Notes: generated from the letters alone by a model not told the origin. A stretch of DNA of 63,520 bases, filler included, from an uncultured bacterium (GCA_965372715.1; 14 parts of 14 records of this genome joined end to end with filler, not necessarily neighbours in it), one strand, 5' to 3'. Positions 33,242 to 43,757 are shown, numbered from the whole stretch's first letter. Numbers and translations are program-made.

Positions 33242-33592
33242 TCACATCGACGCGGATAGAGTCTCAGCTCGCAGCGTAAACGGGAAGAGCGAGAGCTCAC
33301 CGATTACCTCGAATACGCCCGGTGTCGAAAGGGCACCCGCAAAGAGATAGTCGCCGTGGGGAATGCCACCTGGAACAATCGCTTCGAACATCGGCGCGGG
33401 GCCGTAGGAATAGCCCTCGGGCAATAGCATATACTGCATCCAGGGCTGGATTTCGCCAATCAGACCCCCGTGGGGTGTTGCGTAGAATATCGCTCCGTCT
33501 GGCAGCACGAATGCAACATAGACATCGACCTCGATATCCAGCCCGTCGTTTGCGACCTTGAGCGAGCCGACGAGATAACCTCCGGGACGGAA
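33242..33592 (-). CDS. C-terminal module of an upstream paralog (5' end cut by contig end)
   Basis: FRPGGYLVGSLKVANDGLDIEVDVYVAFVLPDG...; the terminal 31 bp match 7779-7809 and 27853-27883. Confidence 0.85.
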   Translation of the reverse strand, partial: FRPGGYLVGSLKVANDGLDIEVDVYVAFVLPDGAIFYATPHGGLIGEIQPWMQYMLLPEGYSYGPAPMFEAIVPGGIPHGDYLFAGALSTPGVFEVIGELSLFPFTLRAETLSASM

Positions 33593-33758
33593 NNNNNNNN
33601 NNNNNNNNNNNNNNNNNNNNNNNNNNNNNNNNNNNNTTAATTAATTAANNNNNNNNNNNNNNNNNNNNNNNNNNNNNNNNNNNNNNNNNNNNTGGCCCCG
33701 CTCTACAACCTCGTATGTGAAAGGTAAATAAGATACACTACACTAGCTGAGGGACATT

Positions 33759-36620
33759 ATGTCTCAAATGGTATTAGCCCCCGGCTTCAGCCGGGGGAGC
33801 CTGTTAGTCACCGGCGGGAGCGACGCCCAGCCGCTGTCTCCCGACACGCTTGCGCTCTTGTCTCCCCACCGGGTCAGGCGCCAGATGCGAGGCGCCGGCT
33901 ACGTCACCACCGTGGTCGATGAGGACACCCAGATCGGAGGCGATATCCCGACACGGTTTCTAATATCGATGAGCGAGGAGCTCGTTGCCTCGGACGGCCA
34001 CCACATCACCCTACACGCTGGCGCAGTCTCGGGCGTAACGACTTCAGGCCTGACGATCGATGGTCTCATGCTGTCCGGCAAGAAGGTTCGCGACGAGTAT
34101 CCCTCGCACTGGCTGAACTCTGCCGAGTGGAAACGATTTCGGTCCGAGGCTATGAACCGAGGCGAGGTAGTATTCGACGGCATCAGGCGCCTCCGTGTCC
34201 GGTGCGGCTCGACGGCGGCGGGCAACGATAGGCCGATCTTCTTCCAGCGGCGCGGCTTTGGCGGTGGGGCCTTCTTCGCGAGGGAGGCGTTTGTTGAGGC
34301 GCAGCTCGCGGACGATTATCTGCTCTTAGACGACGGCATCCCCGTCGATAGCTACACGGCGGAGTTCTACAAGAAACGGCCATTCATCGGCGTGAGGCCG
34401 GACAGGATTCGTCCGGGGGAGGTGTTCGATCTGACGATAACGGTCTGCGACCCTGAGAGCTTCGACAACCTGCTCATTCCCAGGGACGACGGCCTGCGGA
34501 CGCCTGACGTGCGCGTGAAGGTCAACGACGTCGATATCACGCCCGCCCTCGCTGAGAAGTTCGCCGGCTTCAATCCGTTCGGCTTCCCCTCCGGCGCAAC
34601 CAGCCCCTACCCCGGCTTCCGCCTCGTCTGGCCCCAGATGAAGATCGACGAGGAGATGCCCCTCAAGCTCGAGGTCGAAGTCCGCGACGCCCTCAGCAAT
34701 GTGAATCAGGTGATAACGAAGTATTCAATCACCCGGCTCGAGGGCTTAGTTGACTTCTTCGACTTTCCACGGGGCCTATATCAGGTGCCCGCGAGCCAAC
34801 TAGCGTGGGTGAGAAACCACGGATTCAATATCGCAACCAATGATAACTATACTGCCGCGTGTTGTAGCGGTTGTGACACAGATCAGCTGGATTTGCCCGC
34901 AATGCTCAAGCCGTGGCTCGACAGGGCCAAGGATGCTGACGTTGGTCTTAAGACTCTCGCTAGCTGGGTCGGCCTGGGCGAAATGGCATGTCCTCAGTGC
35001 GATTGGGAAGATAGGACAAAAAGGTGCTTCGTGGGGGATGACGCTGCCGACCCCGCGAAGATCGACATTGTCGCGGTGGTTGATGAGCCGAGACCAATCA
35101 GAACCGTCGAGCGTGAAGAGGATCCGCCGTCGCTTTCTGGCTGCAGCTACCTGGGTCCCGGTGAAAGCTTCGCCTGCTGGCCGCTAGAGTCTGCCAACTT
35201 GGACCCTGAACATTCGTGGGACTGGCTGAAACTGGCCGACTACGATAAATGGACGAAGGACGGAGAGGAATATCTCCAGGTTTTCTTTGCGCCGACAGAG
35301 AGGAGAGTTCAGAGGATGTGTTACCTTCTCAATCAGATAGGCCTGTCCAGCGATCAGAGATTCCGGCCTTTGTTCATTAACCTCTTCGCCCAAGGACATC
35401 CTGGGGATGCATGGGCATTCAGGCGAAAAGAGATCTGGCGCAAGTTTATGAAGTACTGTCACTATTTCTCCATAGACTACTATCCCGTGAAATGGGGCAC
35501 GCCTCTCACTAGGGTGGCCTGCTTTCTCGACGAGATGCACGAGGCCCGGGAACAGATGTGGGCCGCCGGTAATACAGCTGAGGAGAACTGGGTCGAGGAT
35601 TGGAAACGTTGTGGTTTGCCGTTCCTCTGGTTTGTTCTGGATTTCGGGGACTGGTGGAGCTGGGGATTTGGCTCCGAGGATGATCCACACCCCGGGTGGA
35701 GCTGGCGCCATGAGATCGGAGACCCGAGCCGGCGCAGGTGCCCCACTGAGGATGAATACAAGGCGATGACGTATCTAGCGATCACGCATGGCGCCAAGGG
35801 ACTGCTTTACCATCGATTCCCAGAGAACGAATGCAGGGATTACAATCCATACCGACCTCCAACGAGAACCCCACCGATTGAGCCGCCTGAGGTATGTTTC
35901 GAGGATTCTCCGAACTGCCGGAGACAATGGCGCGTGGCCAAGGAGACCAATAGGGAGCTGAAGACATTGAGCCCAATAATCAATGGAGCTGATTCGCGAG
36001 AGATCCTGTTCATCGCGGAGACGCCAGCCACGACGCCTCTCAGTTTCAGCGCAGAAATGGTGGTGGAACGAATCGAAGAGACCGTGGGACCAATTCATTC
36101 GGCGCAGAGACCGGCGATCTCGGATTCCATTCACCGGTCTCTAGAGCAGTTATCCCTTGAAGGCGAGATAGGCTTGGGAGGAAGCGATCCCATTCCCACT
36201 CCTTTGGAGCAGGCTGACACCTATGACTACCGGATTCACTGCCTGGGTAGGACGGGGACGGCCGTGAACGCAGAGATACACCCGAAACAGCGGATCTTCC
36301 ATAACTACATCGTCACCGTGAATGGGTCAGAGACCCCCACAGTAGCTGCTTTTATATGTATGTGGGTTCCGGGATTTCACCGGGAGATTCCGGCCTGGGA
36401 GGTCCAGGAGTATTTGGCCGAGGTCATGTTTGAGAACAGAAGCATTCCTTTGGTAGTGGTCCCAGACTGGAGACCACCCTGGCTACCACTTTTTACCACC
36501 TTCGTTGACGTTTTTCGTCCCTATGAAAGGCACGTGTACAAGGTTCGGAGTGGCGCATGGGACCCTGTGTTAGCGCTTTTCGAGCAGCCTGTCCTCCAAC
36601 AGATTGTGACCAAGCTGTGA
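33759..36620 (+). CDS. Large protein with a glycoside-hydrolase-like (TIM barrel) region; true N-terminus uncertain
   Basis: VVDEP, SIDYYP, PTEDEYKAMTYLAITHGAKGLLY and F.PYE.HVY motifs; no signal peptide; first codons run through the IS-like hairpin. Confidence 0.6.
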   Translation: MSQMVLAPGFSRGSLLVTGGSDAQPLSPDTLALLSPHRVRRQMRGAGYVTTVVDEDTQIGGDIPTRFLISMSEELVASDGHHITLHAGAVSGVTTSGLTIDGLMLSGKKVRDEYPSHWLNSAEWKRFRSEAMNRGEVVFDGIRRLRVRCGSTAAGNDRPIFFQRRGFGGGAFFAREAFVEAQLADDYLLLDDGIPVDSYTAEFYKKRPFIGVRPDRIRPGEVFDLTITVCDPESFDNLLIPRDDGLRTPDVRVKVNDVDITPALAEKFAGFNPFGFPSGATSPYPGFRLVWPQMKIDEEMPLKLEVEVRDALSNVNQVITKYSITRLEGLVDFFDFPRGLYQVPASQLAWVRNHGFNIATNDNYTAACCSGCDTDQLDLPAMLKPWLDRAKDADVGLKTLASWVGLGEMACPQCDWEDRTKRCFVGDDAADPAKIDIVAVVDEPRPIRTVEREEDPPSLSGCSYLGPGESFACWPLESANLDPEHSWDWLKLADYDKWTKDGEEYLQVFFAPTERRVQRMCYLLNQIGLSSDQRFRPLFINLFAQGHPGDAWAFRRKEIWRKFMKYCHYFSIDYYPVKWGTPLTRVACFLDEMHEAREQMWAAGNTAEENWVEDWKRCGLPFLWFVLDFGDWWSWGFGSEDDPHPGWSWRHEIGDPSRRRCPTEDEYKAMTYLAITHGAKGLLYHRFPENECRDYNPYRPPTRTPPIEPPEVCFEDSPNCRRQWRVAKETNRELKTLSPIINGADSREILFIAETPATTPLSFSAEMVVERIEETVGPIHSAQRPAISDSIHRSLEQLSLEGEIGLGGSDPIPTPLEQADTYDYRIHCLGRTGTAVNAEIHPKQRIFHNYIVTVNGSETPTVAAFICMWVPGFHREIPAWEVQEYLAEVMFENRSIPLVVVPDWRPPWLPLFTTFVDVFRPYERHVYKVRSGAWDPVLALFEQPVLQQIVTKL
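33776..33811 (+). mobile_element. Probable IS200/IS605-family terminal hairpin
   Basis: cccccggct-tc-agccggggg-ag...gTCAC, resembling IS605-type right ends; no transposase on this contig. Confidence 0.5.
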
Positions 36621-36810
36621 ACTGGGGACAATCCATGGTAATCGTCGATTTTCTGGTCCTTCTGGCGGCTGCTTCTCTCATTGTTGTGCCATGTGCGTTT
36701 GCGCAACTTATCGATACATTCACCAGCGCGGGTGTTCAGCCATTGCTGGAGGTCCAGGCACTTCTAATCCAACGACTGATAAGTTGAATTCAGAATGGAG
36801 GACTCGAAAG

Positions 36811-38244
36811 ATGGGTAGATTTCTTGGATATCTGGTTCCGCTAATGTTAATGCTTGTTGCGGCCCATTTGCAGGCCCAGACAATAGACACGTTCCTATTC
36901 CCAACCTACGCAGAGCCGCTTTATTACACGTCTGGCCTCGCCGTCGGGCCGGATGGGAACATCTGGTTCACGGCCAGTTCCGCTATAAGGCCGCTTCGCG
37001 TGTTTCGCGCCGGCGAGAACGGGATAGAATGTGTGGCCGAAGTAAGCGACTTCTGGAGTAGTGCAACTCCCGTTGTCGCACCGAACGGGATGATCTATTT
37101 CGACGCATGCAATTTCAGCTACTCACCACAGACAGGCGTAACAGAGACCCACATTGAGCATCCTTGGGATTCATTGGATGAACAGTGGTACCAACTGGAC
37201 ATTCCGGCCATTTTCACATGGGATATGCATATCTTCACGATGTGGCATGGAAATTTTTGGGACTGGGATAGCTGGGGCAGTTACAGCCCGACTCTGTGGG
37301 AGCTATTCTTTGACTCATCCCCTGTGCATAGACTGGGGGAAGCTGGGGTCCGGTACAGCCCCTATTCAGGTCAGTTCATTGTCTCAGCCCATGAATACTA
37401 TTGTTTTTTCTATCCGAACCGCAGTCCAATGGACCTCGGTCCGGCGGAGTTGGTCAGTATTGATTTGGATACAGGCGAGATGACCACATATTGGGAAGGC
37501 GAAGGGGGCGGCTACATTGTCGGGAAGGACAGCAACGGGGTCCTATGGCTCCTGTTCGGCCCTGATGTCCTCTCATTTCATATCGCGACATTTGATTTCC
37601 ATGACATCTCGCTTTTCGCAGAGGGCCAAAACGATGAGCATGAGTACGGACACGTCTGTCTCACTGCAGACGGTACGGTATGGGCGATTGAGTACTTTTC
37701 CCACTGGGCGACGAGCAGCGTTGCGCGCTGGCACGAAGGCCAAAAGGACGTGTTCACGGTTGAGGATGGCCTTATAAGCGACAGGAATCGGGACCTGGCA
37801 ATTGACTATGACGGCCGGATCTGGATTCGAAACACAGTCCTTGCCGAGCGTTCGCCCTATTATCACACTATAGGCCTGAGTCGGATAACGGACGGGGGTT
37901 GGCCGCCGATGCGGATCAGTCTGGCGAAGCTGGAGACGCCAGAGGGCATCTTGGTGGAGGCGCAGGTGATAAACAATGGGCCGGTCGTTGGCGTTGACGT
38001 TTATGTGGCTCTTGAGCTGAATGGGCAGCTGCTCTACTGGCCGAACTGGCAGCCGGAGCCCTGCCCCGTCCAGGTCAACCTGCGCCCCGGGCACAACCAG
38101 ACCGCAACCATCATCTCCGCGCCTCGCTCAAACATCCCGCCCGGCGCCTACACGTTCTACGCCTGTATGACCGGCAGAGGCACCGAAAAGCTCATCGGCC
38201 CCCTCGACCGCAAGTTCGAGACCCTGACGGTCGAGGTCGATTGA
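36811..38244 (+). CDS. Secreted beta-propeller protein with the shared C-terminal module
   Basis: ATG behind GGAGG; signal peptide; GPDGNIW, EDGLIS, DGRIW; INNGPVVGVDVYVAL..YWPNW. Confidence 0.8.
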   Translation: MGRFLGYLVPLMLMLVAAHLQAQTIDTFLFPTYAEPLYYTSGLAVGPDGNIWFTASSAIRPLRVFRAGENGIECVAEVSDFWSSATPVVAPNGMIYFDACNFSYSPQTGVTETHIEHPWDSLDEQWYQLDIPAIFTWDMHIFTMWHGNFWDWDSWGSYSPTLWELFFDSSPVHRLGEAGVRYSPYSGQFIVSAHEYYCFFYPNRSPMDLGPAELVSIDLDTGEMTTYWEGEGGGYIVGKDSNGVLWLLFGPDVLSFHIATFDFHDISLFAEGQNDEHEYGHVCLTADGTVWAIEYFSHWATSSVARWHEGQKDVFTVEDGLISDRNRDLAIDYDGRIWIRNTVLAERSPYYHTIGLSRITDGGWPPMRISLAKLETPEGILVEAQVINNGPVVGVDVYVALELNGQLLYWPNWQPEPCPVQVNLRPGHNQTATIISAPRSNIPPGAYTFYACMTGRGTEKLIGPLDRKFETLTVEVD

Positions 38245-39223
38245 CCGCCTCAATGAGCTCATCTTTCGAGACGGTCGCTGTCCCGCGCTTCATCACGACG
38301 ATGCCGCCCGCGATGTTCGCGAGCCTGGCAGCTTCACTGAACGAGGCGCCGCAGGCAAGCGACAACGTGAATATCGCTGCGACTGTGTCGCCAGCGCCGG
38401 TTACGTCCGCGACCTCATCAGAGCCGAAGATGGGTATCGCCTCGTGGCCGCGCTCGTCGATAAGCATCATCCCTTTGCTGCCACGAGTAACAAGAAGCGC
38501 CTCGAGCGAGAGTTTCCGGCGGAGCTCGGCGCCTTCCTCTATCAGCCTCGCCTCGTCCGTCTGAAGCGGCACGCCGAGCAGCTCCTCGATCTCGGTCTCG
38601 TTTGGCGTCTGGGCTGTCACCCCTGAGAAGCGCAAGACGCCGTATCGCGTATCGACCGTGATCGGTATGTCCCGCTCGCTGGCGATGCGGCGCAACGCCG
38701 CGAACAGCTCATCCGAGACGAGGCCGTGGCCGTAGTCGGAGACGATGATGGCGTCCGCCTTTTGGGCGGTGTTCTCGATCTTGAGCAGCAGGTCGGTGCG
38801 CGCCTCTTCGTCGAGGTTGAGGCTGGGGCACTTGTCCACCCTAACGATCTGCTGGCGCGTCGTGTGCCGGCCGCCGGCGAGTATCCTGGTCTTGATCGAC
38901 GTATTGACGTCTGGCAGCTGGAGGATAGCGTCAGTCTCTATTCTTCGCCTCTGAAGCTCGACGTGAACGGCATCGCCGTGCGTATCCGTCCCCGTGACCC
39001 CAGCCAGAAGGGTCCTTGCGCCGCACGACCTGACGTTGTTTGCCGCGTTGCCGGCGCCCCCGAGGAAGACCCGCTCGGAGTCGAACTCTAGTATGAGGAC
39101 GGGCGCCTCCCGCGAGATTCGCGACGTGTTGCCGACGATATACACGTCCGCGATTAGGTCGCCAACGACGAGGACCGTCGCGTTCTCAAAGCGCCCGATG
39201 ATGTCGAGTAGTCGGCTATTCAT
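38192..39223 (-). CDS. hldA: Heptose-7-phosphate kinase (HldA/RfaE domain I, PfkB family)
   Basis: VVGDLIAD..RISREAPV, GGAGN, SDYGHG, TPN..E, DVTGAGDTV. Confidence 0.85.
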   Translation of the reverse strand: MNSRLLDIIGRFENATVLVVGDLIADVYIVGNTSRISREAPVLILEFDSERVFLGGAGNAANNVRSCGARTLLAGVTGTDTHGDAVHVELQRRRIETDAILQLPDVNTSIKTRILAGGRHTTRQQIVRVDKCPSLNLDEEARTDLLLKIENTAQKADAIIVSDYGHGLVSDELFAALRRIASERDIPITVDTRYGVLRFSGVTAQTPNETEIEELLGVPLQTDEARLIEEGAELRRKLSLEALLVTRGSKGMMLIDERGHEAIPIFGSDEVADVTGAGDTVAAIFTLSLACGASFSEAARLANIAGGIVVMKRGTATVSKDELIEAVNRPRPSGSRTCGRGGR

Positions 39224-39275
39224 TGTCCTTGGAGGCATATTGATCAGTCAATGCAGAAGTTGCAGTCGAGGCTTC

Positions 39276-39300
39276 GTAGGGGCGGTGCTTGCCCCGCCCT
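39276..39300. repeat. GTAG REP, family 1
   Basis: gtaggggcggtgcttgccccgccct; identical copy at 58976-59000 and inverted copies at 53361-53385 and 56393-56417. Confidence 0.85.
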
Positions 39301-39772
39301 TCTCTAATGTAACCNNNNNNNNNNNNNNNNNNNNNNNNNNNNNNNNNNNNNNNNNNNNTTAATTAATTAANNNNNNNNNNNNNNNNNNNNNNNNNNNNNN
39401 NNNNNNNNNNNNNNAAGCGGCGTCAAGCCGCCGCACTCCAAAATCACCCAATGGGTGCAACTCGCAGACCGACCCCTATCAAAGTCAACACCTTTTGGCT
39501 GCGGAAAAGCGTGTCCGCCCCACCATGTCCCTTGCCGTCAATCTGATTATTGGCGGCGTGTGTTCACCCACAGGTTGATTGAGCTGGGCGGCCAGTGTTA
39601 TCATCTGGCGCCGTTTGTGTCGATCAACCCTAGATGTCAGCGCTGTGTTAAACTGGCGGGCTGGAAAGCCTGCGCCACACTGCTTGTCAGCGTCGGGATG
39701 TTTCGGGGTTAAGGCTCAGGACACGGTGCCAAATGATCAAAGTTCACGACAAGAACGAGAATATGAAGGGCG

Positions 39773-40831
39773 ATGTCAGACAAAGAGATTGAGGCAAGAC
39801 TGACGGCGGCCGTCAGCGGCGCTGGGTGAGCGGCGAAGATAGGTCCGGGTGACCTTCAAAAGGCTCTCTGTGGGCTTCCGTTCGTAAGCGACCCGAACAT
39901 CATCGCTGGGGCGTCGATCGAGCGGGCCGAGGACGCCGGAGTCTATAGGATTTCTGACGAAATCGCTCTGGTGCAGTCGGTCGATTTCTTCACACCCATT
40001 GTCGATGATCCGTTTGTGTTTGGCCAGATAGCGGCTGCCAACGCTCTGAGCGACCTCTATGCGATGGGCGCGAGGCCGCTTACCGCTCTGAATATCGTTG
40101 CGTTCCCAGTGGCCAAGATGGACATCAGCGTCTTTCGTCAGGTCATTCTGGGCGGGCTTGATAAGGTGCACGAGGCGGGCGCGGTTCTCCTCGGGGGGCA
40201 CTCGATCGATGATCCCGAGATCAAATACGGTCTCGCGGTTACTGGCCTCGCGCATCCCGACCGGATACTGCTCAACTCGAGCGCTCAGGTGGGTGACAAG
40301 CTCGTTCTGACCAAGCCGATCGGGACTGGCGTTGTTTCCACGGCCGTCAAGCAAGGCATTGCGAGCGAGTCTCAGACGAAAGCGGTGGCGGAGATGATGG
40401 CCGAGCTCAACAAGGCTGCTGCCGAGGCGATGCTCAAGGTTGGCGCCTCGGCCTGCACGGACGTTACGGGCTTTGGCCTCGTGGGCCACCTCTGCGAGAT
40501 GATGTGCGATGCGCGGTTCGGGATACGGCTTGAGTTCGACGCGGTCCCATTCTTGGATGGCGCAGTGAAGTTCGTGCGGGAGAAGGTTGCGCCGGGCGGC
40601 TTGTTCAGGAACCGCAAGTTCTTCGGTGAGCGAGTCGTTACCGAAGGCCGATCTGAGAAGACCGACCTGATGCTGTTGTTCGACCCCCAGACGTCCGGCG
40701 GCCTCTTGATCGCTGTTTCCCGCGAAAGATGCGACGATCTTCTGGCCGAGCTTGAGGCCATGAAGGTTGAAACCCACACCGTGATCGGTGAGGTCGTCTC
40801 GGCGCCTGTTTCAAAGGTGGTTCTGGTGTAG
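39773..40831 (+). CDS. selD: Selenophosphate synthetase, selenocysteine form
   Basis: Extends upstream of the ORF-track call through in-frame TGA 39827-39829 (AG-U-AAK); EDAGVY, VDFFTPIVDDP, DVTGFGL, DPQTSGGLL. Confidence 0.93.
39835..39857 (+). promoter_or_regulatory. Putative bacterial SECIS hairpin
   Basis: AGGTC-CGGGT-GACCT stem-loop; the loop starts 16 nt after the UGA and has G at its second position. Confidence 0.65.
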
Positions 40832-40929
40832 CTGCGCTGCGCTGAGTGGAACCCACGCGCCGCAAGTGGTGTTGAGAGTCTTGAAGGCGGCGCCTTTGGA
40901 ACGTTAAACGAAAACTCAAGGAGGCTCTT

Positions 40930-42414
40930 ATGAAGAAGTTTGCCGTAGTCGGTGTTTCAATACTCGTTCTGGTTCTGGCCTTTGGCTTGGGCTATTTCTC
41001 TGCTTCAGGTCTGCAAAATGGCGCGCGGCCATCATTTGCTCACGCCGCGATCGCCGAAGAACAGCCGTCGCTGCCTGGTTCCGACGCAGGCGCGATACGG
41101 CCATATACGTTTCGAGACGTAGCGAAGGAAGTCAGCCCGGCTGTCGTCGCTATTACTGCTAGAACGGCCGTTAAGGTCCCACAAGTTGAGTTCCCGTATT
41201 GGTTCTTTGAGGACCGGTTCGGTTCCCGCGGCCCGAGACAGCGAGCTCCCAGACGGGAGGAAAGGGAGCTCTGGAAGACTGCCGGAGGCACGGGCTTCAT
41301 CATCGACAAGTCAGGCCTCATACTGACCAACAACCATGTCGTTAAGGAGGCGGACGAGATCGACGTGATGCTTCTTGACGAGCGGGAGTTCCCTGCCAAG
41401 GTGGTCGGGCGAGACCCTGAAACGGATGTTGCGTTGGTCAAGATCGACACGGGCGAGGACTTGCCGGTCGCCCGGCTCGGGGATTCAAGCGCCTTGCAGG
41501 TTGGCGATTGGGTCATTGCGATAGGCAATCCTTACGGATTGGACCATACGGTTACGGTTGGTGTAGTGAGCGCCAAGGAACGTCGAATAGGGATGGGCAA
41601 TTACGACCGCTTCATCCAGACGGACGCGATGATAAACCCCGGGAACAGCGGCGGGCCGCTGGTGAATATCCGCGGGGAGGTTGTAGGCATCAACACGGCG
41701 ATCGCGGGTCTGAGAACCGGCATTGGGTTCGCAGTGCCCATAAACATAGCCAAGGCCATTCTTCCGGACCTGAGGGATAAGGGCAAAGTGGAACGCGCCT
41801 GGCTAGGCGTAACGATCCAGCCGGTAACGCCCGACTTCCAGGAGTCGCTTGGCCTGAAAGAGAAACAGGGCGCCATAGTCTCCGAGGTCGTCAAGGATAG
41901 CCCTGCTGATAAGGCCGGCCTTGAGGTCGGGGACGTCATCCTCCAGTTCGAGGGCAGGGCGGTTCACTCCTCTTGGGAGCTTCCTGAGATGGTGGGCCTG
42001 GAGCCCGTTGGCAAAAAGGCCAAACTTGTCATCCTCCGCGATGGCAAGAAACGCCAAATACAGGTCAAGCTTGGCGAAAAGCCATCGTCAGAGGTTCTTG
42101 CAGAGGAGAAGGCCGAGGGCCGATCTGAGCTTGGCCTTAACGTTCAAGACGTAACGCCTGATGTGATGAGGCGCTATAGGCTGCCTGACGACATTGAAGG
42201 CGTTGTCGTTACCAACGTCAAGTTCAAGAGTCCCGCGGAAAGAGCTGGAATCAAAGAGGGCGACGTCGTCATGAAGATTGGCTGGACCCGTATCAAGAGC
42301 GCCGAGCATTTCTACGAGATTAGCGGCAATCTCAAGGCGGGCGTGCAAATGCTGTTGATTTATCGAGACGGGGGCCAGTTCTTTGTGCCAGTCCGCGTCA
42401 AGGGCGAGGAATGA
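40930..42414 (+). CDS. degP: HtrA/DegP(Q) serine protease with two PDZ domains
   Basis: LTNNHV, DVAL, QTDA.INPGNSGGPL, two PDZ-like repeats. Confidence 0.9.
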   Translation: MKKFAVVGVSILVLVLAFGLGYFSASGLQNGARPSFAHAAIAEEQPSLPGSDAGAIRPYTFRDVAKEVSPAVVAITARTAVKVPQVEFPYWFFEDRFGSRGPRQRAPRREERELWKTAGGTGFIIDKSGLILTNNHVVKEADEIDVMLLDEREFPAKVVGRDPETDVALVKIDTGEDLPVARLGDSSALQVGDWVIAIGNPYGLDHTVTVGVVSAKERRIGMGNYDRFIQTDAMINPGNSGGPLVNIRGEVVGINTAIAGLRTGIGFAVPINIAKAILPDLRDKGKVERAWLGVTIQPVTPDFQESLGLKEKQGAIVSEVVKDSPADKAGLEVGDVILQFEGRAVHSSWELPEMVGLEPVGKKAKLVILRDGKKRQIQVKLGEKPSSEVLAEEKAEGRSELGLNVQDVTPDVMRRYRLPDDIEGVVVTNVKFKSPAERAGIKEGDVVMKIGWTRIKSAEHFYEISGNLKAGVQMLLIYRDGGQFFVPVRVKGEE

Positions 42415-42543
42415 CCTGATGTAGGGCGGGCTTCCCAGCCTGCCACTGCCGTCCAACATCACGGGCTTGGGGCGATGCAATACCGATTACAGGCGGGACC
42501 GTGAGAAGAGTCTCTCGTTCCCCACTAGCGCTGAGATTCTGAA

Positions 42544-43428
42544 GTGGCTCGTACAACGCGCGGAAGATTTGTTCGCCTGCTGATCGCTCTTTCGGTTCTT
42601 TTCGCGGGGATAATCTGGGCCGCGATCGGGGGCGATGCCATCTCGGAAGAGATGGAATCCTGGGGCGATCTTGTGTTCGTGCCATCGCCGGAGCTCACGA
42701 AGATAGCTTGCCTGGGCTACGATAACCTGGTGTCCGATGTTTTCTGGCTAAGGACCGTTCGATACGTCCATAATCAGCAGAAGGGCGCCAAACGCTTTGA
42801 TATGCTCAAGGATATGCTCGATGTCGTGACGCGCCTCGACCCGTATGCGTGCGATGTGTATAAACGGGGCGGCTGCTGGCTGTATCAGGATGCGGAGAGC
42901 CCCGTCGATGGGATAGGATTCATGCAGAAGGGGTTGCGATTGGTTCCGGAGCGTAAGAAGAACCGCTGGGAGCTGGCCTATCATATAGGGCAATGTTTCA
43001 GAGACGTGCTCTACGATGAGCATGACGCCACGCGCTATTTCGAGATGGCCCGAAAGATGCCCGGTGCGCCTCCTGTTCTGATAGTGGCAGTGGCGGCCGG
43101 CTATGAGCGCCAAGGGATGTTTGACAGGGCCAAAGAGCTGTGGAAAGAGGCAAGAGATACAACCGCCGACGTCAACATCGCCAACGCTGCCCACCAGAAG
43201 ATACAGGATATCGAGACAACCCGTCACACGATTGACTTTTTGCAGCACAAGGTCGATACGTTCACAGAGCAGTTTGGGCGCGTCCCTCAGGACTTGTCGG
43301 AGCTAGTGAGGGCGGGTTTCTTGGATGCTGTGTCGCCGCCGCCGCTGTCTGGCACGTATGAGATCGAACCCGCGTCGGGCCGCGTTCACTACCTATATAT
43401 CCCCCAGGATTTGGCGGAGCAGAAGTGA
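42544..43428 (+). CDS. Membrane-anchored TPR-like protein
   Basis: N-terminal TM segment, helical TPR-like repeats, C-terminal G..P..L.ELV..G.L motif. Confidence 0.7.
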   Translation: MARTTRGRFVRLLIALSVLFAGIIWAAIGGDAISEEMESWGDLVFVPSPELTKIACLGYDNLVSDVFWLRTVRYVHNQQKGAKRFDMLKDMLDVVTRLDPYACDVYKRGGCWLYQDAESPVDGIGFMQKGLRLVPERKKNRWELAYHIGQCFRDVLYDEHDATRYFEMARKMPGAPPVLIVAVAAGYERQGMFDRAKELWKEARDTTADVNIANAAHQKIQDIETTRHTIDFLQHKVDTFTEQFGRVPQDLSELVRAGFLDAVSPPPLSGTYEIEPASGRVHYLYIPQDLAEQK

Positions 43429-43757
43429 ACAAGAGGATTCTGATCTGGCCGGGCGACGCCTCGTTCAATATCGGGGATGAATCGATACTGGCGGGGACCG
43501 TCTCGTTGCTCAAGAAGTTCGTTCCTGACGCGGAGATATGTGTATTTGCGAATCGCCCAGAGCGCATCCGAAGGGTCCTTGACGTTGACGCTGTTCACAA
43601 GGGCAAGGGCATTCTGAAGGCCGTCACCAGCCTTCCCGCGACGCTTAGGGAGATTAAGCGAGCCGACCTCTTCATTTGGGGCGGCGGACAGCTTTTGCAG
43701 GACATCTCCAGTCGCCTATACATCCCATTTCATACTTCGGGCCTCGCGCTCGCAATT
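43425..43757 (+). CDS. Polysaccharide pyruvyl transferase family (CsaB-like), cut by contig end
   Basis: NIGDESIL and GGGQLLQD.SS motifs; GTGA overlap with the upstream gene. Confidence 0.8.

Noticed and set aside
39776-40777. Long antisense ORFs (333 aa opposite selD, 59174-60193, 11882-12562 and others)
   Set aside because: Shadow frames of GC-rich genes with no recognisable motifs
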